Part shown: one piece after another, positions 1-11,600 of the stretch
How the letters are laid out: each line of letters starts with the position of its first letter
Position numbering within the stretch: position 1 is the first letter of the stretch
From: Ramazzottius varieornatus
Taxonomy: Eukaryota; Animalia; Tardigrada
Direction of reading: 5' to 3'
Assembly: GCA_001949185.1 (NCBI GenBank)
Contig: BDGG01000016.1
Location: 124,001 to 188,000, forward strand
DNA length: 64,000 nt
The notes under the pieces: generated by a model
Database searches by the model: none
Told to the model about the DNA's origin: nothing
What the model saw: the letters and a program-made list of their open reading frames with translations, nothing else
Program-made: the position numbers and the translations under genes

Positions 1-778
1 CATGAATGAAGCACCCCAGTACCAGTGACGCAAATAATTTTTACTAATCACTGCGACAAAACCGGCGTCGAAGTTCTGTTTCGACGACAAAACAATTCGC
101 TTTAATCCCACGCTTCACAGAAACCTTCTCAAAAAAAGTCCTGCTATGTGTAGGTTTGACAAAGAATGCTCACTTAGGCAATCCACGACTGGTTTGGTAC
201 TTCCGGGATGATACAGTTCGATTTCTTCCGTAATGGCTGGGGATCCTTCTGACAAGGGATTTACGCCAGTCGGTCCACTCCAACTCTAAAAGCAATAAGA
301 TGGAAAATTAGAAAAGGGTTTACTCCATAAAACAGAGCGGACGGTATCGGCGGAACTAATTCCTGGACACCACTGCGAAATTAGGGAACAGAAGAACTAT
401 TGTCGTACACTAGCGTACAAGTCTGGTGCAATGACGTGATACTCTTGATTGAGACTTTTTCATCGACAATGAGGTGAACAGCTGATCGGACTTGACGTCT
501 TGCCGCTCCAAATTGCGCACGATGAAGTACTTCAGCTACAAGACAGCAAGCTGACAACACACTCTTCGCCGATCAGCCGATCACTTCCTTCTCAATCAGG
601 AATCAAATCAAAGTGCATTACGTCGAAGCGTTTGGTTACGTCGTTGGGACGGAGCCGTACGGCCATTGTATCCCTGTTCCCGAATTTTGTAGTAGCGTCC
701 AGGAATTATTTCCGCCGATGCTGCCTGCCTCTGTTTATACTACTTATATAGCGAACTGGTTTCAGAGCTGGAGCGTCT

Positions 779-997
779 GAAGGCTCGGCGAACTAAAATA
801 AGCCGCTTTCGCCGTTCTTAGCCGTGGCTAAAAGTATTTTAGCCGCGGCTAAAGCAGCTANNNNNNNNNNNNNNNNNNNNNNNNNNNNNNNNNNNNNNNN
901 NNNNNNNNNNATTTTAGCTGCTTTAGCCGCGGCTAAAATATTTTCAGCCACGGCTAAGAACGGCTAAAACGGCTTATTTTAGCTTCGCCGAGCCTTC
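779..997. mobile_element. Foldback/MITE-like element with ~82-bp inverted arms spanning the assembly gap (N 861-910)
   Basis: 779-860 (gaaggctcggcgaactaaaataagccg...taaagcagcta) is the near reverse complement of ~911-997 (...tagctgcttta...cttcgccgagccttc). The arms contain internal tagccgcggcta palindromes. No clear TSD. Confidence 0.7.
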
Positions 998-1158
998 TAT
1001 ATTGGAGTGGACCGACTGGCGTAAATCCCTTGTGAGTACCACTGTATATACGAAAGAATGGTGTACTTGCCTATAATGCACCGAGAAACTCATCGAAACA
1101 GTTTGTGATGAGATGTGTAAAATTAGACGTCTTGGATGAAGGGTTTCACCTCGAATCC

Positions 1159-4100
1159 ATGATCAGGATTCAGGATGATGAGAGCCCGTCCAATTTGCCG
1201 CGTTCGTAAATATTAGTTTATCCCTTACGGCTCACCGTGCACTGAGGGCGTCACCGGAAATAAACTTGAAAATTATTACGGACTGCGCTACTGTGTCAAG
1301 CAGTTGGATACATGCATCAGCTGAACATGCAACATTGCGGTCGTCGAACTATTATTAACACCGATACATGAACATCGCCCTATTTTTGTGAACATCTTCC
1401 TTTGGTATTTTGCAGGAGGACCAGCGGTAGCAAGGTTAGACCCTCCAGTGATTGGATTGCCCAGACCGGGTATCGTAAATTCGGAATGCAAACCAGTGAT
1501 GGTTCTCTGGTCCAAGCGAAGAAACCCGATACGGTCGATGTCCGCACCAGCGCCTATCCCTTCCTGGACAGTCTATGCAGGGTCTGCAAATCCCCATCGA
1601 CCGGAGTTCATTATGGAGTCTCTACGTGTGAAGGTACGGACCCGGCGAGACGCGGAAGTTATTGGTTTTGGCTTTAGCATGCGTGATGTTCGGAGAGATA
1701 ATCGCGTATCTTTGTCATTGCAGGCTGCAAGGTGCGGATTGTAATGGATAACAACGAGCAAGAATTGTCAGAATGGCCTGACAAATTAGTGGATTTTCTG
1801 ATTGTTCAAAGCATTGTTACCGATTTTATAAACCGCGTGTTTGATGATTTTCAGACATGTATGAAGTATCTCTATCTTTTTCTTAGGGCTTCTTCAAAAG
1901 AAGTATTCCTAAATGTCAGCATTACAAGTGCTACTTCGGTGGGGACTGCGATATTACGAGGGAAACGAGAAATCGATGCAAGTCTTGCCGGTTCCAGCGA
2001 TGTCTACAAGTTGGAATGGCCCTCGAAGGTATCTCAGTGGTATCCTTCGACGATTTTCGCTGTCCTCTAGCGGTTTCAAGTACTTCTGTTCCCATTGTCT
2101 GTTTTCAGCCGTCAAGATGGGACGAATTCCCAAAGGCGAGCGCGAACGAGCCATGCGCGCTGGTCGAACGGGGCAGCCAGAACGCAGTACCAAGCCGGCT
2201 CTGAAAGCCATCGCTCCCCTGCCTTTCCTTACACCCACTCCACAGTCAATCCAGCTAGCAGTCGGAAACGGCAGTACGTTACTCGATAGCTCAAAGTCTA
2301 GTCAACGCGGCAGTGAGACATCGCTGTCCACCATTCCAGAAAATATCACAGTCAAACAAGAAACCCCGCTAACCAGTCCGTCGAGCACATCGCGCAAAGA
2401 CGTCTTTACGTTCTCCTCGAACAACTCCAGTTGCTCCAGCGATGATACTACCACGTCAGTAGCCAAGTTCAGACGTACAGCAGCAGCTGGTTCCCGATTG
2501 GAGGACTTTGCTGATGCGTCCGACTTTAGCCGTTACGAATCGAAGCAGTTCTTCGATGAACAGACTTACTCTCCCATTCTGTCACCCACCACTTCACTCA
2601 ACTTTTCCAACCACAGCACACACTACTCGACACAGTCGAACGTCCTAGCGGAAGAGTCTTTGGGGATCCTGAGGACGTCTTTGCAGAATGTCCTGCAGAG
2701 CAACGAGGAAGCTCTGACAAGTTGGGCTGTTCCGTTCTCCGCTCCACGCGCAACAACTTCTCACATGGCCAACGTCCGTTCCCCGCCAAAGATGGGCCAC
2801 GAAGTCCAGTATGACTTTGACAGTAACATTCCCAGCTGGAGCGCTCCAACCTTCGGACGAGGTGGACAGTGGGTTTCGCCACCTGTTGCAGCTGGTCAGT
2901 TGGCTCTGCAGCAGCAATCAATTCGGCACCGCGAGCCGAACTCGAACCGAGACCGAGGCGAGTCCATCAGTTCCGGTGAATCGTTCTCCGGCCAGATTCC
3001 GGTCTCGTCCTCTAAGTTGAGCTTGACGTACGAGCCCAGCTTCGAATCGGGCTTCGACTCCCGATGCAGCAGTGTCTCGGGTGGAATGACTGTCCAGCGG
3101 TCAGCCGAGTCTCGAACATGGCAGCCGTTGTCGTTGTCCACACAAGTAATCAAGCAAGAGCCGGTTGATCAGTGGTTCGGAAGAGCTTCCGGTGAGCAGG
3201 GAAGTTTGAATTCATCGATCCCTTCAACATCGTCTGTCATTGACGAGGATGAAGCTCGACGATGTAGTAAGCTGGAAGAGATCATCACCAAGCTGGACCG
3301 GGCTGGCAACGAAGTGTATCGGGCAGAAACAACCAGGAAAGTCGAATTCATGGTCCGCATGTGGACTGAAGGACACCATTCTGCGGTAATTCAGAGCTCG
3401 AACAAACTGTCTCGGACATACACAAAATCCTACCGAATATCGTCTTGTTTTAAGGAGTCTGGGTCCGAAGCCCCGAGCGTCACGCTGGCGCAAGTTCGAC
3501 AAGCCATCAAGAATAAAATCAATAAAGTGGCGGACGAGTGCATCAAATTCGCCCAAAAGATCCCCGGTATCACGACGATTCCGCCTGCCGACGTCCGAAT
3601 CCTGCTGGACAGTTCAGCTTTTGAGATGTGGATGGTAATATTATCCAGAGCTCCTGACGGGCTTCCTTACTGACGAAACCTTCTTTCCCAGCTTCAGAAT
3701 GGAGCGTTCATGGTGAACGGCGACAGTTACGTTCCACTGGAGTTGCAAGATGGTAGCACGATCCAGTACACGCGATCGTGGATGAGCCACTTCCTACCAC
3801 CAGTCATGATCGACGCGCTGATGACGTTTGCCGACGAGCTCAACAGTCTTCAGTTGTGCTTTCTGGAGCTGTCGCTTCTCAAAGCAATGGTCGTCGTTTC
3901 ACCCGGTAAGTGTTCCTCCAATTCCCTTCTGGGCTTGCTCAACTGATTGTAATGCTGTTGTATTTGTAGATCGACCAGGACTACAAGACGTGGCGTCGGT
4001 GCAGTCACTCCGAAGTACGCTGTGTAGTTCGTTGTTGCTTTCATTGAAACGACGAACCAGCGTAACGAACCTTGAGCTGCTGTACGAGAAGGTTCTTCAG

Positions 4101-4458
4101 CTCCTACCCATGTTGGCTCACATCAACACGATGAACAGCCGATTCAACGCTCCCATCAATATGAATGAAGAGTCAGGTAAGGCGCAAGATCGTTCATCCA
4201 CGTGATACACGCTCTCAGCCGATACAACCTAAAACGTGCGCCACTTGGAAAACTCAATAGGATTGTTTTTCAAGTTGCGCACAGTTTTGGTGTTATTGAT
4301 TAGGAGCGTGCGTCACTTGGATATACTATCTTGTCGAGTTTGTTTGCCGAGCTGCCATCTACTTCGGGCTATTACCATCTTAATATATCTGTTGTTCTGT
4401 AGTTTATAACTGGCTTGGAGCTACTCAGCCGATCTCTATCCGTTGCACGACGGGCTGA
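1159..4458 (+). CDS. Nuclear hormone receptor, NR1-like (C4 zinc-finger DBD, long Ser-rich hinge, divergent LBD); multi-exon
   Basis: Spliced DBD reads CRVCKSPSTGVHYGVSTCE|GCK|GFFKRSIPKCQHYKCYFGGDCDITRETRNRCKSCRFQRCLQVGMALE|AVKMGRIPK (P-box CEGCKG). LBD signature is CIKFAQKIPG...DVRILL and LQLCFLELSLLKAMVVVSP|DRPGLQD. The start (1159) is uncertain. The end is either unspliced at 4205 or via a terminal exon 4403-4458. Confidence 0.9.
4199..4353. repeat. Fixed-spacer palindromic element (family A), tandem dimer
   Basis: Two units of caagtggcgcac-like/N25/gtgcgccacttg, ending in ...gtttgtttgccgagct. Confidence 0.8.
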
Positions 4459-5161
4459 GAAACGAGGAACCTAAGGAGCAATAATGCGACAGCGATGAAA
4501 GTATTGCGTCACTACCGAAAATAGAGTTTTCACAAATTAGCGTATCCAGATTCCCTCCACAGCGGTATTTTCTCAATGCAAAGTGATAGAGCCACAGTTT
4601 ATTTTTGCGCTTTCAACCAAATCTTGTGTCTGAGTAATTTATACTTTTTTCGAAGCCTTCGTCGAAAATAAGCACATGTTGTTGTTTTGCTACAATACGA
4701 GTGTTGAGCTTTAACCGTCCTCCCCTTTCTGATGCCACATTCCCGTCAACCTCTTAGTGAACTCATTGAATATCACTGAGTTTATGCTCGCGCTGTGTGA
4801 ATTCGCAGATGATTATTTTCCTGAGTGTTATGAATCACTTCCGGCACTTGCGCTACAACGTTCTCTTTTTCTTCAAATATTACGAGCTTGCAAACTGAAC
4901 AAGGTATTCTGTGTATTTCCCACATGTTTGCGCTGCAGGGAATACGTGAGAATCTGTAAAATCTCTTCAGAAGCACATGCCGTGTTTATCGAGAATCTTC
5001 ATCACTTGGTCAGATGGAAGCGGAAGTCGTTTCTGATGCGGTATACGGGTTAGGTTTACTCCCCTCTTACGGCGGTGTCCGGTTTCTGATCAGCACCATT
5101 CACTTCAATAAGCTCCGCTAGAGCTTTCGAGTGCAGAAGGAAAAAGCATTGCGGATCAAAC

Positions 5162-6368
5162 ATGACTTCCTGGTTGAAAGGCGGAAACGCCAGGTTTTTG
5201 CCAAAAGGGCAGTTATCATCTGAGGTACGTACTCATCCGTATTCACGCTGAGAACCAACTTCTGCTTCGTTCAAATATGTGGTTGTGCATTCTAGGAGAC
5301 CGAGGAGTTCGTCCGCAAGAAGGCGGACGTAAGGGATCGTCTGGTGCATCAGGTCAAGGCAAAGAAAGGCATCAAGAAAGGATTCCTCAACCCTGAACGG
5401 AAACGAAAACTTCGAGTAAAATCATCGTTTGATTGCTCACTGTCTCGAAACCTGGATTTGTTTTTGTCCGTAGGAACTGCTTTTCAAAAAAGCTGCAGAA
5501 GATATGAAAGCCGAACAAGAAAGAAAGGCTCAAGAGCGCCGTCGCATTTTGGAGGAAAGGATAGGCCACGACAAGCACAGCGCACTCAACGACGCCAAGG
5601 CTTTGGGGGAAGTGTGCCGCCAGTACTATGAGCGTGTTCTTAAGCTGGTCGAAAGCAGCTACGATCTGGAAGTCAAAGTGCGCGTCAAAGATTACGAGGT
5701 GAGTGAAAAATGAACTAAACCGACACCTAGACAGGCAAACTCGACAAGAGTATGTCCCCAAGTGGCGCACGGTTACAACCAACGACAGTAGAAATGTGCG
5801 CCATTTGAAAAACAATCTTGTCGACCTTGTTTGCCGAGCTCTGACCTATTGAAATTTTTTCCAAGAAAAAATTATCGTTCTTTGAATTTTACAGATAAAC
5901 GAGATGACTATCCAGGTGAGACCCTGTCATTCCGTACGAGTGTTTAAATACCCACAGTACCATACGTACTCGCCCGGACAGGTGAATGATTTGCGCGGTA
6001 AGTTCGTGAAGCCAACGCTCAACAAAGTCAAGCGGGCCGAGTCGCAGTAAGTTGTATTTTGCATCTCCCATTGCTTTTGCCCCTTTGAAAACATGGCCAA
6101 AGACTGACATAATGAATTCACCATAACTTAAGGACCCAAAAGATGGAGAAGATAAAGAACGAGCATGGGCAAGCGTTGCAGTACCGCAAGAGCCTCAAGT
6201 CCAGCGGTATCAGCAAGTTCGCCATGGACGACGAAAGCAAAATCGTACGCATAATTATCGTAACGAAGTACTGGAGTTCTGTCCACTTAAAATCTATGCA
6301 TATTTTTCCAACAGGCCAAAACCAAACACGACTGGACTGCCAAAGACAAGGAACAGGATGCCATTTGA
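5162..6368 (+). CDS. TnI: Troponin I (invertebrate type), 7 exons
   Basis: KKGFLNPERKRKLR|ELLFKKAAEDMKAEQERKAQERRRILEER...YDLEVKVRVKDYE|INEMTIQ|VNDLRGKFVKPTLNKV, which includes the inhibitory-region motif. GT-AG introns are in frame. Stop TGA at 6366-6368. Confidence 0.93.
5727..5841. repeat. Family A palindromic element in troponin I intron
   Basis: caagtggcgcac-N25-gtgcgccatttg with flanking aactcgacaag / cttgtcgacc...tttgccgagctc. Confidence 0.85.
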
Positions 6369-6373
6369 AGTAC

Positions 6374-7558
6374 TTACGAGACTTGCGATGGGTTGTCCCC
6401 TTTCGACTGAAAACGAAATGTAATCGTGGCTCCAGAACGAATGGGATTGGGTGTCTCAGTCGAAATCAAGCAGCCTTCAGGTGCTTTGACCTGCAATGAT
6501 GCGTGAACCGAATAAAATATCTGATCGAATACATTCAACTGAATAAAGCTATGAAAAATAGCAGGTAGGTACGCACTCTTCCAAGAGAGTCCTCCGAGGT
6601 ATACTCCCATACTCCATCAGCTTCTGATGCCCAAGGACCTATACTCTCGACTTTAAGGCACCCTCCCGGTGCGACAGTTGGCTGTACAACAAGACCAAAG
6701 GGGTTGACCGAGTCTTTGGGATGCGCTTCCCTGTATCGAGCCGCGGCTTGAGTCATGACATCGTACACCGTAGCTTGTGGCCGAAGAGGGAGAGTCGTGG
6801 CGTAGGCTTGACCATCCAGCCCGTGCACGACAACCGTCACCCGCGGCTGCAACGGCAAGAAACCAGGCGAAGTTAACCAGGAAAAATGTGAGCCAGGCAA
6901 ACCAAGTTGTTTATTCCAAGTGGCGCACGTTTTCATTGTTATCGGTGAGAATGGTGCGCCACTCAATATGTCAACCGTGTACAATTCGTTCGTCCAGGTT
7001 CGTACCCCGTTTGAATCTATTCGATGACTGTAGTATTTAACTTACCGGATGGTTGGCCATCCTAGTTCCTAGCATGCGCATCGGGTTGGCCTGCTTTTCG
7101 GAGCCTCGTCGGAAGGCAAACGCGGCTGCTGGTGAATATCCGTTAGCAATAGGAGACAGACGCACTGGAGGTTTATAGGCCAGCGGGGATTTCGCGGAAG
7201 AGTCAGTTAGCCACTTGGGCGGCCAGGTGTAGTTTGGGTCCACAACACGACCGAGGCGAGCTCGTGGAGAGCGACGACCACGAAACAGACGAAAAAGCGA
7301 AGAGCCGGAGTGCGTCGGCCATGTGCATTGTTGGCAACCAGTAGAAACACGCAGATGGCTCTGCCTTGTCCAGCCCTACAGCAGGAAAGGCAAATTTTAT
7401 TTTATGCTCTGACGGTACGTTTCAGATTCAGAGAATGTTTAATAGTACCACCTCACCGGAAATTCGTCATCGCGTCTGGAATGGAAGCGCCATCCGCTAC
7501 AAAGTCCGACGATACCGGGAAAAGCCAAGACGAGGAACACGAGCAGAAAGATCTGCAT
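6374..7558 (-). CDS. Secreted protein with C-terminal transcobalamin/intrinsic-factor beta-domain-like (DUF4430-like) fold; 4 exons
   Basis: Exons 7558-7457 (signal peptide MQIFLLVFLVLAFPGIVGLCSG), 7375-7046, 6846-6577 and ~6491-6374 join in phase 0. The C-terminus ATVYDVMTQAA...VESIGPW...WEYT...G...SGATITFRF matches the DUF4430 pattern by eye. Confidence 0.7.
6890..6975. repeat. Family A palindromic element (intronic)
   Basis: caagtggcgcac-N25-gtgcgccactca. Confidence 0.8.
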
Positions 7559-8212
7559 CCTCTGCAAAACCAACCATCAAAAAAAGTGAAGGAAATCAAG
7601 GAGATGTGACGAATTTGCAAAAGCCCCCACGTACCTTGCAGGGCTCTTCGATAAATGCGGTCTAATAGCGTTGCTCCGTATATGCTGGAACCCTTCACGA
7701 GGATGATAGTGTATCAGCAAGCTCATTGAAACACCTAGTGTAAACAGCCGTTTCCTGTTTTCATCGCCTTTAAGGGTCTTCACCGGATCGCCTTCCAGGT
7801 TTTCGGGAAATGAAAAAAGCGAAGACAAGTTGCTCCTGACGCATTCAACTGTCATGGTAGAAGCCACGACACAATAGGTAGCGCTCGTCACCACATTCCA
7901 AGTGCCACTCGGCAGATAATTTATTTCCTCTCAGCTTGGGTCTTCCCTTCACACCTTGATTACAAAACTAAACATCCGCCTTTTGTACGGGCGAAAATAA
8001 ACAGGGCGAATACGAGCCGGACCATGATTAGTTTTGCAGCAGGTGCACTGGCTTACAGCACGCGACCATCAATCAGTGCCACTCCCTTTCGAGTACGCAA
8101 TCCCACCTTCCGATTTAGCTGAGCAACGAAGCTACCTTATAAACGAAACTACCTGCAGTGCACTGAAGCCTGGTACATTCACACTTCCATCAAAACCAAG
8201 AAAAAAACGAGG

Positions 8213-8329
8213 GAGCTCGGCGGACAAGCTCGATAAGATTGTTTTTCCAGATGGCGCACATTTTCACTGTCACTGGGTGGAAACGTGCGCCACTTGGAAA
8301 GACGATCTTGCATGGTTGATTTTTTGCCG
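8213..8329. repeat. Family A palindromic element (intergenic)
   Basis: gagctcggc...agatggcgcac-N25-gtgcgccacttgg...tttgccg. Confidence 0.85.
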
Positions 8330-8600
8330 CCGTTTGTTTTAGAATTTTGTTTAATTGGTGTATAATATGACAAACCAGAACTTCTCGTGTGCTTCTGTAG
8401 GAACTTTCAACGGACAGAAGCAAAAAGCTTCTCTAAAAACATACAAAACGTATAAAAGTCCAGCAGAGGTGCCATCAGAACTCTTCTCGTAGGGTCTGAG
8501 ACACTCATACTGTACGACTCACAAAACCAATCAACGGAAAAGAAGAACCGTCGTGTTTGAAGACTTGATAAGAGAGGCGATTAAGTTGTTGAGCAAAGTA

Positions 8601-11600
8601 TTATGAGCGTTTGGCTCTCTTACTGGAGGAACCAGACGAGGGAGTCTTTTCGGCTGGCTCGCTGAACAGGTAATCCAGCAATCCCGGGCTCTTCCTAGTG
8701 CGTGGCGCCTCTGGGATCCCCGAGGGCCTGAAACAAAAACCAACAATGTTAATTCCATGTCCTTCTCTTCGTACTTCATTTTAAAAATGGATAAATTTAT
8801 TCCCGCATTGGTTTCTCACAGTAAAATTCTACAAAGTTCAGTTGGACTTGGACAAACAAAGTCAACGCTCATAATACCGGGGGTACAACTCGGTTTCGCA
8901 GCGCACGGTTACCTGACCGCAAATCACTTCCTGTGCAGCTTTGGCGGTTCAGTATTTGTTTGCCTGTAGTGGCAAGTTCTCTATGACATGTAGCTGGTGA
9001 TCGCTGGCTAAACACTACGTACCGAATTAGAAATATTTTAGTGGGTTCGAGGGCAAACTACTCCCAACACATGTTCCAGGTCCTTCTTCACGCGTTCAAC
9101 AGCTGGAAAAAAATTCAGAATAACTCACAATCACTTCTTTACAACATTATATCTCCAGCGTCCAACTAGCGGTTGTCCAGTGGTCAGACAAAAAATCGCA
9201 AGTTGCACGTTGTTTTTCGACATATGGCGCAGCTTATGACGTCACGAACGATACTACCACTGGTGGCGCCGCCAAGATGGCAAGAATTCAATTTTTCAGA
9301 TTTCTATTTTACGCATTGCCGTTTTACGCATTTCACGCATTGCCTTGTCCCAGAAACCCTGAGCGAAGAACGATGATTGTTTGTGGCTCATGTAAAGTTC
9401 ATGTTTGTGCAGCGCACAGATTAACGAAGCAGAGTGTTGTTTGTTTAGATTGCAGCAAGAAGAAATCGAAATAAGTGTAGCGAAAAATAAAATGAAATAC
9501 ATTGGCGTACCCCGGTCATGTGGCGGAACATTACGTTGGTTTTGCGCAGTAACATTCGCAATTTCATGGGGGAGCACCGTGATTGGTCTGTACACGCCTC
9601 TATCGTGCTTCCAGCCAGTAAAAAGGCTGCGAAACTCAGTTGTAGCCCCGGTATTCTGCCAGCATGAAATTGCCCGGTATTACCAGTGTTTACAAACTTA
9701 GTATGACCGTTGTCCAAGTGATGCACATTTCTAGTCAGTAAGATCGAAAACGTGCGCCACTTGAAATAACAATCTTGCCGACCTTCCCAGGTGGCACACT
9801 CTTCCAGCTAATAACAGGGAGAGCGTGCGCCACTGGAGAAAACGATGCTGCCGGGTTCGTTTGCCGAGGTGCAATGTATGTGAAAAATTTTCAGCCTACT
9901 TACTCTGGGGCGGGTGCTTGTTCTTCTGGACCATCCACTTCAAACGACACAATCTCGTTTTCCAAGTTGAAGGACACTCGCTTCTTGGTTTTCGGAGTCA
10001 ATTGACTGCTTTCGCTTGACGGCTGTGACGTACTGGCAGTCGGTGTCACACTGGGCCCTCGCAGCTTCCTGGTAGTCTGTCGCGTGCGTCCCAGTGGCAC
10101 ATCCGTGGGCGTCGCTGGAGAACTGGCAGGTGTAGGTGGTGGAGTAGCTGGTACTGCGGGCAGACCAAACAATTCATGGACTGCCGGCTGTACCTTTTGC
10201 GAGACCGGTGTGGAGTTCTTCTTGATTCGTTTGGGACTTGGGCTGTCTTCCGCGTCGCGTTTGGCCGGTGAGCGGGCACTAGAGCGCGCAGCTGGGTACA
10301 GGTTGTCCGTGTCTTCGCGGAGCTTGGCTCTGAGGTCTCCGGACAGTGACAAGTCAGCTGCAACAAACAAGAAAATTTTGACAACCGTTCCGAACAGACG
10401 AACTGACGCAGGACTCGACTCGTTAGAACCCCAACGGAAAAGAGGAGGTCGGCAAATAAAACGTCACGATTACTATGTTGAATGTCGCACGCTTCCTGTT
10501 AATAACAATGGAATCATGCGCCAAACAAAAAGCACAAAACTGTCAGCAACCACGACGACATGCGCCACTTGAGAAAACGACAGTTTTTACCTTCTGTCTG
10601 CCGACCTCAACGCACAACATGACAATAAATTTCGAAAAGAGTTGCTTCTCGGCGACAATCAAGTACCTGCGTGTTCTCTGGGTACGGCTTCCAGGTTGTT
10701 GAGTTCCTTGAGCATGGCGTTGGTGGTCCGGTCGATGGCTTGACGGACCCAGTCGACGTTGAGTGATGGTGACAAGCTACTGCCCATCAGTTCGCTCTTG
10801 CGACGTGGCGGAGGCCGAACAGCCTAAACGTGAAGCCAATATATTGTTACTGCACCCTTCCTCACAGTAAACTAGGTAAAGTAGGCAAAGTAAAATATAC
10901 AATACTACCTTCTGGGCTTCTCTCTTCTGTCGTTGCGCCATCTCGTAATAACGTTCCCGCTCAGCTCGCGCTTCCTCCATGTCCGCTCTGGCTTCTTCTG
11001 CTTTCCGCTTGGTTTCAGCTAGCTCTGCTTCAGCTTGTCGTTGGGCCAAGCTCTTCTGGTATTCGGCAAAGGCCAGCTTTGGGTCTTGCGCAGGTCTCGC
11101 CGGGGGATCTTGCGGCACTTTAAAGCTGGAAAGCGAAACATACAATATCTGATCAGTTCTTTTAGAAGACGTTTACAGCTTCTCTTACACTCCATCGGCT
11201 GTGGTCTTGCTTCCAGAATCCCCCCAGCCTCCACCAGAAGACCCTGCATCGCCCCACCCGCTTCCCCCATCACCAGCGATATCACCCCAGCCACTTCCGG
11301 CGTTGGTGGCTTCGTCAGCCTTGGTGGCAATGGTGGCATCTCCCCATCCATCGCCACTCGCTGTGGCACCAGAGTCTCCACCATTTCCCCAACTGTCACT
11401 TGTGGGAGGATTAGAGTTACGAGGACCGCCGCCACCGCTAGCATTTCGTGGCTGCGCCCATTCAATCCGCAGGAAACGACCATTTGGAAAAGGCTTGCTA
11501 CAGAAACAAGCAGGTCCCTTCCACACACTTCAACAAAGTGCTGCACTAAAACCGAATCTGTCAAAGTCATACTTACGTTCCGTTCAACATGGTACCATAC

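Noticed and set aside
1-430. Possible minus-strand exons at the window start
   Set aside because: Splice-like sites are present, but no frame gave a recognisable or sustained protein.
8598-8877. 14-bp perfect inverted match (gtattatgagcgtt / aacgctcataatac)
   Set aside because: It is short enough to arise by chance, and one copy overlaps a coding stop.
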